A DNA stretch of 64,000 nucleotides from a bacterium (GTDB lineage Bacteria; UBA8248; JACPRG01; G963555815), in NCBI GenBank assembly GCA_963555815.3, contig CAUVWX020000001.1:320001-384000 (forward strand). Reading direction: 5' to 3'. The notes under the pieces were generated by a model, which was not told where the DNA came from, did no database searches, and saw only the letters and a program-made list of their open reading frames with translations. The translations under genes and the position numbers were made by a program. Of the stretch, positions 9,778-20,872 are shown in pieces. Within the stretch, counting starts at the first letter, position 1. Every line of letters begins with the position of its first letter.

Positions 9778-10749
9778 TCAGGATGGTCTGACGGGGACTT
9801 TCCAGAGGCGGACAATCTTGTCACTCGATCCATAGGCCAGAAGACGGCCATCAGGGGAAAAGGAGATGGCAAAGACGAAGACCGAATCTCCATGCCCCTC
9901 AAATTGTATCAGCTCTCTGCCCGTAGAAACCCCCCAGAGGCGGATGGTCCCGTCAGCTGCCCCTGATGCCAGAAGGCTGCCGTCGGGCGAGAAGGAGACG
10001 GCGTTGACCACATTTTCATGCCCCTCAAGGCGCATCAGCTCCTTCCCCGAGGACACGTCCCAGAGGCGGATGGTCTTGTCAACTGACCCTGATGCCAGAA
10101 GGCGGCCATCAGGGGAAAAGGCGACGGACAGGACATAGCCCTCATGCCCCTCAAGACGTCTTAGAGCAATTCCCGAGGATACCTCCCACAGGCGGATGGT
10201 TTTGTCCCACGCCCCCGAAGCCAGTAGGCGCCCATCGGGCGAGAAGGAGACGGAGTTGACCACATCTCCATGCCCCTCCAGGCGTGTCAGCTCCCTCCCT
10301 GAGGACACGTCCCAGAGACCGACGGTCTCGTCAAATGAGCCAGAGGCGAGGAGGCGGCCATCAGGCGAGAAGGTGACGGACTTCACCCAATCGTCATGCC
10401 CCGCAAGGCGCCCCAGTTCTCTCCCTGATGACACATCCCAGAAACGGATAGCATTGTCATCTGACCCAGAGGCCAGAAGACGGCCATCAGGGGAGAAGGC
10501 GACAGAGAAGACCGAGCCTCCATACTCCTCAATGTGTTTTAGTTCTTTCCCTGAGAACACGTCCCAAAGGCGGATGGTCCTGTCGAATGACCCTGAGGCG
10601 AGGAGGCGACCGTCGGGCGAGAAGGAAACGGAGCCGACCGAATCTTGATGCCCCTCAAGGATCCGAACTTCTTGGGAGAAAGCAAGAGACGCAAGAAGGA
10701 TAGAAAGAGGAACAATCAAGGCCTGAAAACGAAAACGGCGCACGGGCAT
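9778..10749 (-). CDS. Secreted 7-repeat WD40 beta-propeller protein
   Basis: Signal peptide, then 7 highly similar ~42-aa repeats LEGH...V.SV.FSPDGRLLASGS.D.TIRLWDVSSG. Confidence 0.92.
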   Translation of the reverse strand: MPVRRFRFQALIVPLSILLASLAFSQEVRILEGHQDSVGSVSFSPDGRLLASGSFDRTIRLWDVFSGKELKHIEEYGGSVFSVAFSPDGRLLASGSDDNAIRFWDVSSGRELGRLAGHDDWVKSVTFSPDGRLLASGSFDETVGLWDVSSGRELTRLEGHGDVVNSVSFSPDGRLLASGAWDKTIRLWEVSSGIALRRLEGHEGYVLSVAFSPDGRLLASGSVDKTIRLWDVSSGKELMRLEGHENVVNAVSFSPDGSLLASGAADGTIRLWGVSTGRELIQFEGHGDSVFVFAISFSPDGRLLAYGSSDKIVRLWKVPVRPS

Positions 10750-10822
10750 CTTTTGCTTTGCTCCTTTGGCCTAATTATATTGGCCTAATCGTATCCAAAA
10801 GATGTCTCTCAGGCTTTTTTTC
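10600..10822 (-). repeat. Diverged direct repeat copy 1 (WD40 5' end plus upstream region)
   Basis: Aligns by eye with 22052-22284, including the upstream tctctcaggctttttttc and ttggcct-attat motifs. Confidence 0.8.
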
Positions 10823-12131
10823 TCTTCTTCGGCCAATCTCGGCCAATCTTCGACCAGTGTCTCCGGCAGGACGCAGGAGAGTCTTATCGTCCATCCTCCC
10901 GCTTCTAGGGCTGTATCTTCAACGCCCCGGACCGCCTCTAAAACCGGGGGACGGCGACCCACTGATTGGCTATCCGGTTGGATCTTGCAATCCCTTTAAA
11001 CATAAGGGCTATATTGCGATGTCTCCCAGGCGGGAGATGGATTTAGGCGTGTCTAGGGACAATCGTTTCAAGCAATCCTTAAGCCTTGGGATTTTTCTTG
11101 CCAGTTAGGTGCATCGATCCGTTTTCATTGACCATCAAATCCCACCATCATATTGATATTATTGTGAAATATACATTATTCCAAATCTCGTTCTGAACCT
11201 GCCTTCTACAGTCTGTAATCAAAACGAAAGCGGATTCGTTAAAACCCCTTCGCATCTCGGCGAGTCCCTGTCGGACCATTGTGTAGCCGTCCTCCAAAGT
11301 CCGACTCCCAACAGCTTGCTTACGGTTACGCTCCGGTACCCCGCAACGTTCATTCAGGAACCACCGGTCCACACCCCATAACGGTCACCCGATTCGCGCC
11401 CGCGGCGCAGTCGACCACAGCGACGATGACCTTCTGAGCGGGGCGCTCGCCGGCAGTCCATTCCCAAGACGCGGATTATCGTGACCAGCAGCCCTCTCGG
11501 GTCTGGATGCTCCGCTTCTCCCGGTTCGACCTCTCACGTTCTGCCCGTCGTCACGGTATTCTGGCCCAGCAATATGCGCCTCATCGTGATCTGAGGCACA
11601 GTTGTGCCGCGACACCTTATTATTTAGCCGCATAAACTCCTGTAACATACTGTAATTACACCACTTTTTCTCGCCTCTCTCATCGGCCAGATTTCGCCAA
11701 TTTCCGTTCCGTGTACAAGCGGTCAGCGGATTGGAGTCAATGCGCGTGGTGACAAGTCCGTCTGAAACTATGACTCGCCGGCTCGCCGGCCTTTACCACG
11801 CCTTACTCGCACCCCTCGTCCGCCCGCAACATTTTGCTCTCCGGACCGTCACGACCCCCCTTCAACCGTCCACCGATTCGTGCCTGGCCACAGGCCCATC
11901 CGATGAGGGCGGACTCACAATCCTTTCTGTTCGAGTTCGATAGTGAAGGTCTCGGTTCGGAAACATCAAAGGCTTCTTGAATCAAAATCCATGCCGACAC
12001 GGCATGATGCACACGGGCGGGAAGGTTCGAGCGTTAAGCGCGGGGGTCGGGGTGGGATGCCCGAAGGCGTCTCACCGACCTTGTCGTGGCAATCGACGTC
12101 CCGTCGCTCGCCACTGGCCGCTTTCTTCGCC

Positions 12132-12941
12132 TCAGAACACGAAGCAAAGGGACACTCTGAGTCCGTGGCCCGCGAGTCTTGCCCGTGTTGCGGCGAAATC
12201 GAGCTCACGCGGCTCGCGGCTTCCGTCGCGCCAGACCACCCGACCACCGCCGCGGCTCGTGCGGACCACGCCGAGGTCAGTGTAACGCCACGCGAGATCG
12301 AGCGTCGTGCCCTCTGCCAGTGGCACCGCCAACCCCGCCGTCAGCATCCAGGCGACGTCGGTCCGGCTCGCGCTCGGCACGATCGTCGTCGTCTTCGGAA
12401 AGGTCATGCGCGTTTCGCCGATCCTGTTATGTACGGCGCCGACGCCGGCCCCGACGAAGGGTTCGAGAGAGCCGAGTCTCGGCACGCCCAGCCCGGCGAG
12501 GTCGACATAGGCAGCCAACATGGCGGTAAGGGACGACAGATCCACCGTGACCGATTGCCGGCGTCCGGTCTCCAGGAAATTGGCATGGCCGCCGAAAGCG
12601 AACCGCGGGCGGTTTTCAGCCAGCACCTCCAGCCGCAACGGCGGCACGGCGGCATAGCCCAGCCCGAGTTCGAGAACGGGCACCATCCCGAAATCGCCGA
12701 CCGAGCGGTAGGGCGCGCCGTCGCCGCCCCGGCCGCAGCCGTAGAGCGCCGGCGGGAAAACGCTTAAACAGTCGAAGTCGGTGAACGCGGTCTCAGCCGG
12801 GCGGTCGAGACCGGCCCCGGTCCTGACATAGAGATCGCCGGCCCCCGCAGACCCGATCGATGTCCCGGCTGCGATCAACGCAGCCGCCAGACGAGCCCAC
12901 TTCAATCCAGCGGTTCCAGTGTCACCCCGTCTTCCCCGCAT
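12132..12941 (-). CDS. Opacity-family/OmpA-like 8-stranded outer-membrane beta-barrel
   Basis: Signal peptide; EPFVGAGVG, AWMLTAG, LDLAWRYTDLG motifs; C-terminal Phe; very high GC. Confidence 0.75.
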   Translation of the reverse strand: MRGRRGDTGTAGLKWARLAAALIAAGTSIGSAGAGDLYVRTGAGLDRPAETAFTDFDCLSVFPPALYGCGRGGDGAPYRSVGDFGMVPVLELGLGYAAVPPLRLEVLAENRPRFAFGGHANFLETGRRQSVTVDLSSLTAMLAAYVDLAGLGVPRLGSLEPFVGAGVGAVHNRIGETRMTFPKTTTIVPSASRTDVAWMLTAGLAVPLAEGTTLDLAWRYTDLGVVRTSRGGGRVVWRDGSREPRELDFAATRARLAGHGLRVSLCFVF

Positions 12942-12962
12942 CCACTCGCCGGCGTATCCTCG

Positions 12963-13271
12963 TCACACTCCCGGCCCGTCGGCCTTCGCGTTCCAGCCTC
13001 CGTTCACCGCGTCCCTGAGTGCCTTGCCCGCCTTGAACGACGGCGCTTTCGAGGCCGGGATCGAGACCCTCTCCCCGGTCCGCGGATTCCGCCCGGTGCG
13101 CGCGCTCCGGCTCCTCGTCGCGAACGTGCCGAACCCGGCAATGCGCACCGCCTCTTCCTTAGCCAGCGCCTCGGCGATCACCTCGAACACGGCTTCGACA
13201 GCACCCTCGGCCGCGGACTTGCCCAACCCCAACCTGCCCGCCACACGCCCGACCATCTCCGACTTTTTCAT
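12963..13271 (-). CDS. HU family DNA-binding protein (island-borne)
   Basis: MKKSEMV...VRIAGFGTF...ARTGRNPRTGERVSIPASKAPSFKAGKALRDAVN. Confidence 0.92.
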   Translation of the reverse strand: MKKSEMVGRVAGRLGLGKSAAEGAVEAVFEVIAEALAKEEAVRIAGFGTFATRSRSARTGRNPRTGERVSIPASKAPSFKAGKALRDAVNGGWNAKADGPGV

Positions 13272-13470
13272 TGCTATTTGTTCTGCAACCGTGACCGGTG
13301 ACCAGCCGACCGCTGCCGTCCCCGCTCAATGAGTCCCACGCCCGCGCCGCACGCCCCGGCGACGTACGGCCGAGGCGCGTGTGCCCGAGCGAGGCCGCCG
13401 CGCCCTTCCCGCACATCACGCCACCCGGCCAATCGCAACATCTGCCACGCACGCGCAGCCTCGCAGCAGC

Positions 13471-14043
13471 CTACCCGCCCGAACCCCGAGCCGTCCCGGA
13501 ATGAGTCCGCATCCGCGGGTCAATCATTGCAGCAAGATTCGTTATTCGGGGCATGGCCGTGGGTGGCGAGACTCCGAAAGGATGCCCCACTTCGAGCCCA
13601 GTCAAGTCGAAGTCAAACGAATCCCCGTCAATGTTCCGGAACTGCTCCACCCGGCCTCCCCGCTTCGCTTTGAGGACGAGCGAGCCGTCGCGAACGCGCA
13701 GCCCGGTGAAGCTTACTCCGGTCTCGCGCGCCAGCACCGCCACCGCCGGCGCCGACTCTTCCGGCTTCACCGCCAGGGCCCGGACCATCTTGTCGTCGAC
13801 CCAGAACGGCGAGAACCGGCTTCTCGTCCGCGGATCTTCCCACGCCAGCAGCCCCCATCGCGCCGCTTTCAGGTCTGCCTCCGATTGTATACGCAGCGGG
13901 AACCCCGACGACTCCACGAACGATGCTGCGACGCCATTTCCAACTCCACCGTCCTGCCGCCATTGAGCAGCAGCGCTTGCTCTACAGTCTCCATTTAGCC
14001 GAGCGGCCCTGACTGGGCCAGCAATGAAGTCCCGCGGCGGCAT
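13471..14043 (-). CDS. Possible DUF6499/DUF2285-like (ICE transcriptional activator-type) protein, likely degenerate
   Basis: EADLKAARWGLLAWEDP...SPFW resembles the AARWGL region of this family; located next to HU in a high-GC island segment. Confidence 0.35.
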   Translation of the reverse strand: MPPRDFIAGPVRAARLNGDCRASAAAQWRQDGGVGNGVAASFVESSGFPLRIQSEADLKAARWGLLAWEDPRTRSRFSPFWVDDKMVRALAVKPEESAPAVAVLARETGVSFTGLRVRDGSLVLKAKRGGRVEQFRNIDGDSFDFDLTGLEVGHPFGVSPPTAMPRITNLAAMIDPRMRTHSGTARGSGG

Positions 14044-14479
14044 TTATGCCAAGCCAGCCATAGGACGCTGCGCGATGAGCCTCGCCGGCGAACCGTCCCA
14101 GCCAACGCAAAGTTCAAGTGCGATTCCACCGTCGCTCCCACTTGCCGATCATCGCCGCCTTCGATCTACTCGACTAGCTGGTGCCGGCGCCTTGCCGGAA
14201 CGGGGTGTCCCTTCGGATGCAGGTTTGATCTTCCGAGACACCGCGGAAATGTCGGCCAAATTCTACTGCGTGGACATCCAGGCTAACGGGGAGCGGTTTG
14301 GTAGTCTTCGTTTTGGAATATCAAGCGGTCTCCGTCGACTTCTGGACATGTAACGAGAGAGCCAAGCCCTTGAGCGAATACGCACACGCTAGGGACGCGG
14401 CAACTTGCGTGAATGGTACACTCGGTAAATGAACGAAATGTCTACATAGCTCAGACATATAAGGGTGGGAGACACGCCA

Positions 14480-14820
14480 ATGAAATATCTTTCTGATCCC
14501 GCGAGCATACGACAATGCTTGGTTCGTGGACTCGTTGAAACGAACTCATTTGACGCAGCGGTCGCCTTCATTGGAACGGACTGGCCAATATTTTGGGTAC
14601 CTTCTCCGGCCCTGTTCGCGTGGTCTGCTGGCCATCCAGCACAAATACCAATCCCTATGCCGTTGAACAAATGACGCAGCGAGATAACATACGCGTATGT
14701 CACCTACCGCCGATGCACGCAAAGGTATATGTATTACAAGGTATTCGTTCTGCTTGCATAATCGGCTCCGCCAATCTTACAGGAGCCGCCTTGTCGGAAA
14801 AAAACGTTTCTGGGCAGTGA
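14480..14820 (+). pseudogene. PLD-family (HKD) nuclease remnant, frameshifted and truncated
   Basis: Frame 1 MKYLSD...DAAVAFIG switches to a frame with HAKVYV...IIGSANLT; premature TGA. Confidence 0.7.
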
Positions 14821-15125
14821 GCCGCGCCGGGTTTGGCGGAGGCCATTTTGTTTGAGTCACGCCGCCATGTCTGACTGCTCGAGCATGGCGTAGTGGCGTT
14901 CCTCGGCTTCGGCCGGCGGGATGTTTCCGATGGGCTCCAGGAGCCGCAATCTATGCGGCGAGTGCTCACTCGCGATCAGCCTTCCAGTGCCACGGTAGGA
15001 GTTCATGCAAACGGATCTGCGAGAGGTCGGCACTCGCCGGGGAGGCTCTTGACCGCGCCGGCCTGTGAATGCCTACCGTGATCTGCAATGATTCTTGTGC
15101 GCAGACCTGCCGGAGAAGCGACTGA

Positions 15126-15371
15126 GTGGGCCCCGACGAGCGCTGGGTAGGGGTTGACGACGTGGCCACGCATCTCGGCGTCGGCAAGGACTCCATTTAC
15201 CGCTGGGTGGAGAGCCGCGGTCTACCGGCCCGCAAGGTGGGGCATCTGCTGCGCTTCAAGCTCTCGCGGGTTGATGCCTGGGTCGAGGCTGGCGGAGAAG
15301 AGGGCAATGGGGGCGATTCGTCGCCCCTCGGCTCGACGAATCCCTTACGCGGGAAGCAAGGGCTAAGGTGA
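15126..15371 (+). CDS. Excisionase-like HTH_17 DNA-binding protein
   Basis: RWVGVDDVATHLGVGKDSIYRWVESRGLPARKVGHLLRFKLSRVDAWV. Confidence 0.85.
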   Translation: MGPDERWVGVDDVATHLGVGKDSIYRWVESRGLPARKVGHLLRFKLSRVDAWVEAGGEEGNGGDSSPLGSTNPLRGKQGLR

Positions 15372-15424
15372 GACAAGAACTGCGACCCGCCCGTGCCACG
15401 GGATGAGGTGCGAACAGGAGAGTC

Positions 15425-17790
15425 ATGACCGTTAACTCCAAGGGCCGCGAGCTCTTCATCGTCGACAACAGTGTCTCTGGCTGGACCGGGCTCCGGTACT
15501 TGGAGGAGTGGTCCAGCATCGCGAAGGCATTCGACATCGCGACCGGATTCTTCGATATCGGCGCGCTGCTCGCCCTCGACGGCAAGTGGCAGGATCTCGA
15601 CAAGATCCGGATCCTGATGGGGGCGGAGACTACGCATCGGACTAGGAAGACCATTCTCGAAGCGGTCCGGGCGCAAGCGCTCGATAGGCTCGACGAAAGC
15701 ATCGAGGAGGACAAGGAGCCCAACCCCTTCCTACACGGGGTTCCCGCGATCCTCGACGCGCTCCGCTCTGGGCAGATCGAATGCCGTGTCTACGACAAGG
15801 ACAAATTCCACGCCAAGGCCTACATCACCCACGCAAAGCTTGAGGTCGTGGGCGCCCAGGCGCTGGTAGGCTCCAGCAACTTCACGCGGCCGGGTCTCAC
15901 AAAGAACATTGAGTTGAACGTCCAGATCCAGAGCGCGCGCGAGGTCGCGCAGCTCCAGGAGTGGTTCGAGACGCACTGGAACGAAGCGAACGAGGTCACC
16001 GAGGCCGTCATCGAGACGATCTCGCACCATACGCACCTCTACTCGCCGTTCGACGTCTACGCCAAGGCGCTGCAGCAGTTCTTCCGGGAGCACGAGTTGA
16101 CCGCGACCGAGTGGGACGAGACACGGTCGCGAATGTTCCCGCACCTCGATCGCTATCAGAAGGAGGCGTATTGGGCGCCCATGCAATCCTTCCGCCGGAT
16201 CCGTGTGCTCGACCTTCACGGGAACCTCAAGAAGAAGGAGGCTGCCCCCGGGGGTGGCCGCGATGTCAACGTGTTCGACATCCAGCAGGGCGTGGCCATC
16301 GGGCTCTTCACGAAGGCTGCCGCAGCCAGCAGATGTGTCTGCCACGCCGATCTCTGGGGCAAACAGGAGCAGAAGTACTGCTGGCTGTGGGAGCACGGCT
16401 CCGCCGACACCGAATGGGTACAGCTGGAGCCAGCCCCATCGTTCTATCTGTTCGAGCCCTTCGACGACGCAGCAACAGGCGCCTACTACGGCTGGCCTGC
16501 GATCAATGAGGTGATGGACGTCAACGTGACCGGAATCGTCACGGCGCGAGACGGCTTTGTCATCGACCTCAAACCGAGTGCCCTGCTGGATCGCATTGAA
16601 ACGTTTCTTGATAACCGACTGAGCGACAACGAGGTCAAGAAGCGTCTCGGTCTGAAAGAGAACTACGCCTGGCGAGTCGCTGCGGCTCGGCGCGAACTCC
16701 GCGCGGCCACAAAGCGGAAGCGGTTAGAGGACTTCGTTACCAAGATTCTCTATCGGCCCTTCGACGAACGGTTCATCTTCTGGCATCCGTCCGTAGTGTG
16801 GAAGCCTCGGACCGAAGCCATGCCGCACCTGCTCGCGGGGTGGAATCAGGCCCTGTGCATTGGTAGAGCGGGCCAAGTGATTGGTTCAAGCGTGTGGGAT
16901 GTCTTGTTCGCTTCTACATCCCCATCAGATTTAAATTTGTTTCGGCGTGGAGGGAACTGCCTTTTCCCTCTCTACCTCTATCCCGGAGTCGGCAAGGCCG
17001 ACGGGTCGCTGTTCAGCCGCTGGGCCAAGGGGTAGGATGGTCGCATGCCGAACCTGGACTCAGGGTTTGTCGAGCAGATAGCAGCCGCCACCGAACTGCG
17101 ATTCGTCAGCGACGGCCGCGGCGATCTCCACGAGGCCTTCGGCCCAGAGGACGTCCTCGCCTGGATCTACGCGGTGTTCCACAGCCCCGGTTACCGCGAG
17201 CAGTACGAGGCTCATCTCAAGCTCGACTTCCCCCGCGTGCCGCTGCCCGGCGGCGTCGACCTCTTCCGAAAGCTGGCTTCGGCCGGCCATGACCTGCTGG
17301 CCCTCCACCTGCTCGAATCCCAGAAGCTCGGTAAGCCCATCACCACCTACACCGGCCCCAGGAACCCCGAAGTCGGCCGCGTCGGCTGGTCGGACGGCAC
17401 CGTCTGGCTCGACGCCGGCAAGACCAACGCCCGCGAGGGCCACCGCGCAACGAAGCCCGGCACCATCGGGTTCCAGGGCGTGCCAGAGGAGGCCTGGGAC
17501 TTCCAAATCGGCGGCTACCAAGTCTGCCACAAGTGGCTCAAGAATAGGAAAGGCCGCACGCTCTCGGATGAGGACGTCGCCCACTACCAGAAGATCATCG
17601 TCGCCCTGAACGAGACCATCCGCATCATGGCCGAGATCGACGAGGTCATCGAGGAACACGGCGGCTGGCCCGACGCGTTCCAGACCGGCGCGGAGTCGGA
17701 TACGCGCATCAGAGGGACGGCGATGATGATCCCCTTCCGGCCACGCACGGTCTCGCCCGTGCCCGAGGACCGCTATATCACCTGCGTACC
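15425..17790 (+). pseudogene. Deletion fusion: PLD-domain helicase N-terminus plus C-terminal part of a Type ISP/IIG-like restriction-modification enzyme; in-frame TAG at 17033-17035
   Basis: FHAKAY...VGSSNFT PLD motif, then an abrupt switch at ~16180 to LDLHGN...NVFDIQQGVAI, YRPFD, YAVFHSP.YR, DFPRVP, QIGGYQVCHKWLK. ORF 17045 is in frame with 15425. Confidence 0.75.
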
Positions 17791-18318
17791 GACCCGGGCG
17801 GGGTTCGTGTACCTGGCCATCGTGCTGCGACGTGTTCAGCCGCCGGGTGGTGGGCTGGTCCATGGCCCATTATCTTCGGTACCGATCTGGTGCTCAAGGC
17901 GCTGAACATGGCGCTGGGACAGCGCCGTCCCTATGGGGTCGTGCATCATTCGGACAGGGGATCGCAGTACACTTTGCTTGCCTTCGGCAAACGATGCCGG
18001 GAGATGAACGTGCTTCCTTCGACCGGATCGGCCGGCGACTGCTTTGACAATGCGATGGCCGAGAGCTTGTTCGCCACGCTGGAGTGCGATCTCATCGACC
18101 GGCGCTCGTTCCGTACCCAGACAGAAGCGCGCATGGCGATCTTCCAATTCATCAAGGGCTGGTACAACCCACGCCGCCGTCATTCGACCCTGGGTTACCT
18201 CAGCCCCAACGACTTCGAACGCGCCGCGGCTGAGTCAGTTCGAAAACCGGACGACGCACCAAAATCTCCGTCAAATCACTCCGTTCTTGGAGGTCTCCCA
18301 GTTGGAAGTTCCGACTAG
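17777..18318 (+). mobile_element. IS3-family transposase OrfB remnant (frameshifted)
   Basis: IT.VPTRAGFVYLAIVL/DVFSRRVVGWSM, HHSDRGSQY, CFDNAMAESLFATLECDL, WYNPRRRHSTLGYLSP across shifting frames. Confidence 0.85.
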
Positions 18319-19058
18319 AAGCTGCGTGAGATGGAACCGCCCACGATGGGGTCGGGATTGTCTGTGTCGCCGTCTACATAGGTGCGGCCTGTATAGAAGA
18401 ACTCAAGGCCGAAACCCTTAATCTTGGTGCCGATTCCCCCCAGGTACCAGTTGTAGTCGTCGGCGTTATCATTATCCGTGTAGTCGTTGATCCCGAACTC
18501 ACCCCTCAAGGTTACAGGAATGTTCTTGTACTGGCCCAGCGGCAGGTGCTGGCTCAGCGGCAGGCTGGCGTTGAGAATGTAGCGGTTCTCCGGGGTGTCC
18601 TTTAATCCGCGGGCGTAAGTGACGCCGAAGCTCGCCAAGCCTGCGTCGTAACTGAGAGTCACCTGGGGCTTCACATAACTCTCCCAGGTGTCCGTGTTGG
18701 AATCGCCGTCCACATAGTGCAAGTAGGTAATGCGGATGTCGAAGCCAATCTGATCGATGAGCTTTCCCGAGTACCCGCCGTAGTAATTGAGCTCGACGCC
18801 ACTGACATTATTCGTGCCGTCACCGGCCGAGCTTGCGGCGTTGGACCCCCAGACACCAGTATACAGCCCGGCGATGTGCGACCAGTCGAAACTGCCCATA
18901 AGCGCCGGGGCCCCGTCACTGTCGGAGGCGCCCTGAAAAGCGTAATCCGTGGTGAGCTTGACACTCCCCGAGAAGCTGGATTGCGCTTGCGCCGACGCTC
19001 CGTACACCAGACCGACGCCAACGACGAGAGCGCCGACAAAAACCTGTCTCCATTTCAT
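18315..19058 (-). CDS. TorF/TIGR02001-family outer-membrane protein
   Basis: Signal peptide; SGSVKLTTDYAFQGASDSDGAPAL, GLYTGVWGS, VELNYYGGY motifs; C-terminal SRSF; AGGAGG RBS. Confidence 0.8.
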   Translation of the reverse strand: MKWRQVFVGALVVGVGLVYGASAQAQSSFSGSVKLTTDYAFQGASDSDGAPALMGSFDWSHIAGLYTGVWGSNAASSAGDGTNNVSGVELNYYGGYSGKLIDQIGFDIRITYLHYVDGDSNTDTWESYVKPQVTLSYDAGLASFGVTYARGLKDTPENRYILNASLPLSQHLPLGQYKNIPVTLRGEFGINDYTDNDNADDYNWYLGGIGTKIKGFGLEFFYTGRTYVDGDTDNPDPIVGGSISRSF

Positions 19059-19493
19059 CACGATCCTCCTTACTTTTTGTTGACCGAGTGTTCACCAAAT
19101 TTCACAGCGAGTGGCCCGGACTTGAAACAGCCCTCATTGCCTAGGTGAGCCGTCAATTCTTCTACGATGTCGACTATCCGGCCAGAAATATATCCAAAAC
19201 AAGAGGAATAATGTCAATAAAAATATTCCAAACTTTATTCCCCTACCGGCCTATTTCCTTTTTCCATAGGGCCTTTGCGGCCTTTCCAGCAATTTTTTTC
19301 CGCTTCTTCCCACTCAATTTCTTGGCTCTAGCCTTACCCCTTTTTTTTCCTCCCAAGCGGCCAAAAGCTACAGCATGAGGATTCTTATCCCTCATCCTCT
19401 GGCCGCACCTCCTCTGGCTCGCCTTCTGTGGCCGTTTGGACTATGTTGGAGACTAGCAGGTTGCGGTCGGCGTGGGCGGTTTTTGGTAGTGTC

Positions 19494-20378
19494 TCAGTTT
19501 GAATTTATTTTTTTGTAGGGCCCACGTTTTTTCGGTGCCGGTTTCCTGGCATCAATCAGATTCAGCACGTCTTCCAATTCCCACACCCGATCAGTCAATC
19601 CCGCTTGCATGGCCGGAGTCACCCGCAAGGTCTTGTGAATCTTCACGAAATTGTAGAAGACAAAATACAAGGCCAGCGCGTGACAATGGTTGTCGATCTT
19701 CTTGGAAAAGGCGTTCGTCAAACGGGTGAACCGTCGCAGGCTCATCCTCATGGTGAGGTTATGCCGTTCCACATGAGACGTAGAGATATGCTGCTTGTCG
19801 GGATTGCCCTGAACCACTTGTTTTCGTGCGCCATTACAGACGAACGGGCTATACTTCCGTTCCTGTCCTGGTTCAGAAGACTCGCCGTAGAGTTTCACCA
19901 GTTGCGCATAATCAATGTTGTTGCCGAAGGCATCTTCCACGGCTTCAAGGTAGGCCCTGTGTCCGTCCGTCGTGAGTTGGACGCGGGTCGCCAGCCGTGA
20001 TTCCAAATCTCTCATAAACTCCGTGGCATAGCCAGCATCCCGATCACCCACCATCCATGACAGCATCAACCTGGAATTACTCTCAAGGGCCGTCCACGTC
20101 CACACGTCACCGGCTTGCTCAGGAGCTGCCTGGGCTGCCCTCACGTTCTTTTGCTTGGCATAGCAGAAACTCCAGATCTCATCACATTGCACTTTGGAAG
20201 CATGAACATTCCGAACCTTTTCATCGTGGAAGGCTTCGCAAGCGTGACCGGCTTCCACCAAGAGTTTCGTCACCGTGTTGATGCTCACGCCTACGATGCG
20301 AGAAATCGTCCGCATACTGGAGCCTTCGACCAACATGTTGAGAATCTGAATGCGCTTGGTGTTTGGTAACGTGTTCAT
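19494..20378 (-). CDS. IS1-family-like DDE transposase
   Basis: N-terminal HTH ([21 protein letters not shown]), [41 protein letters not shown]; stop codon lies inside the left TIR. Confidence 0.9.
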   Translation of the reverse strand: MNTLPNTKRIQILNMLVEGSSMRTISRIVGVSINTVTKLLVEAGHACEAFHDEKVRNVHASKVQCDEIWSFCYAKQKNVRAAQAAPEQAGDVWTWTALESNSRLMLSWMVGDRDAGYATEFMRDLESRLATRVQLTTDGHRAYLEAVEDAFGNNIDYAQLVKLYGESSEPGQERKYSPFVCNGARKQVVQGNPDKQHISTSHVERHNLTMRMSLRRFTRLTNAFSKKIDNHCHALALYFVFYNFVKIHKTLRVTPAMQAGLTDRVWELEDVLNLIDARKPAPKKRGPYKKINSN

Positions 20379-20385
20379 GCTGATT

Positions 20386-20414
20386 ACTATATGATATTAA
20401 TGCTTTAGTGTCAA
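20386..20414 (-). promoter_or_regulatory. Sigma70 promoter of the transposase, probably leaderless transcript
   Basis: TTGACA-17bp-TATAGT, ending 7 nt upstream of the ATG at 20378; no SD present. Confidence 0.7.
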
Positions 20415-20524
20415 GCAATTATTTCATATATAGAATGTTATTGACTTCGGCTATGCTGAAAGTAGAGCATAGGTTACTCATTTACGTAGGTGTAACAGTG
20501 CTAATTTGATGAAAGTAAAATTTT

Positions 20525-20872
20525 ATGGCGAAAGAGATTCCAGAAAAATTTGACTTCCACTTCGTTAAGTCAAACAGCTTCCGGGTAGTGCATTGCGATG
20601 GTGTGTGGGGAGGGACAACTCCTCGCGGCTATATAACGATGAGCGTCTATTCGGAACGGTCTCCACTTCCCCAGAAAACTACGCACCAAGTGCTGGATCA
20701 TGGACGGATCGGCCAAGAAACAGGCAAAGAGGGCAAGGAAGGGATAATTCGTGAGGTTGACGTTAAAGTTATCATGGATTTAAGCATGGCGCAAGGTCTG
20801 GTCACATGGTTGGAAGGGCATATAAAATTTCTTAAAGAACGACTAAAAGCTCAGCAAGGGAGCGGCCAATAG
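20525..20872 (+). CDS. Cargo gene 1: hypothetical, DUF3467-like protein
   Basis: Intact 115-aa ORF; FRVVHCDGVWGG...YSER...REVDVKVIMD..MAQGLVTWL pattern. Confidence 0.55.
   Translation: MAKEIPEKFDFHFVKSNSFRVVHCDGVWGGTTPRGYITMSVYSERSPLPQKTTHQVLDHGRIGQETGKEGKEGIIREVDVKVIMDLSMAQGLVTWLEGHIKFLKERLKAQQGSGQ

Noticed and set aside
9800..10660. Regular ~126-bp repeats as a CRISPR array or DGR template
   Set aside because: They are in-frame coding WD40 repeats; no spacers, cas genes or reverse transcriptase in the window.
10823..12130. Short ORFs and a possible att site at the island's left side
   Set aside because: No recognisable protein motifs; no copy of the tRNA-Thr 3' end or partner TIR found by eye.
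19075..19150. Possible riboswitch or sigma54 promoter before the TorF-like porin
   Set aside because: No match to riboswitch cores I know, and no correctly spaced GG-N10-GC.
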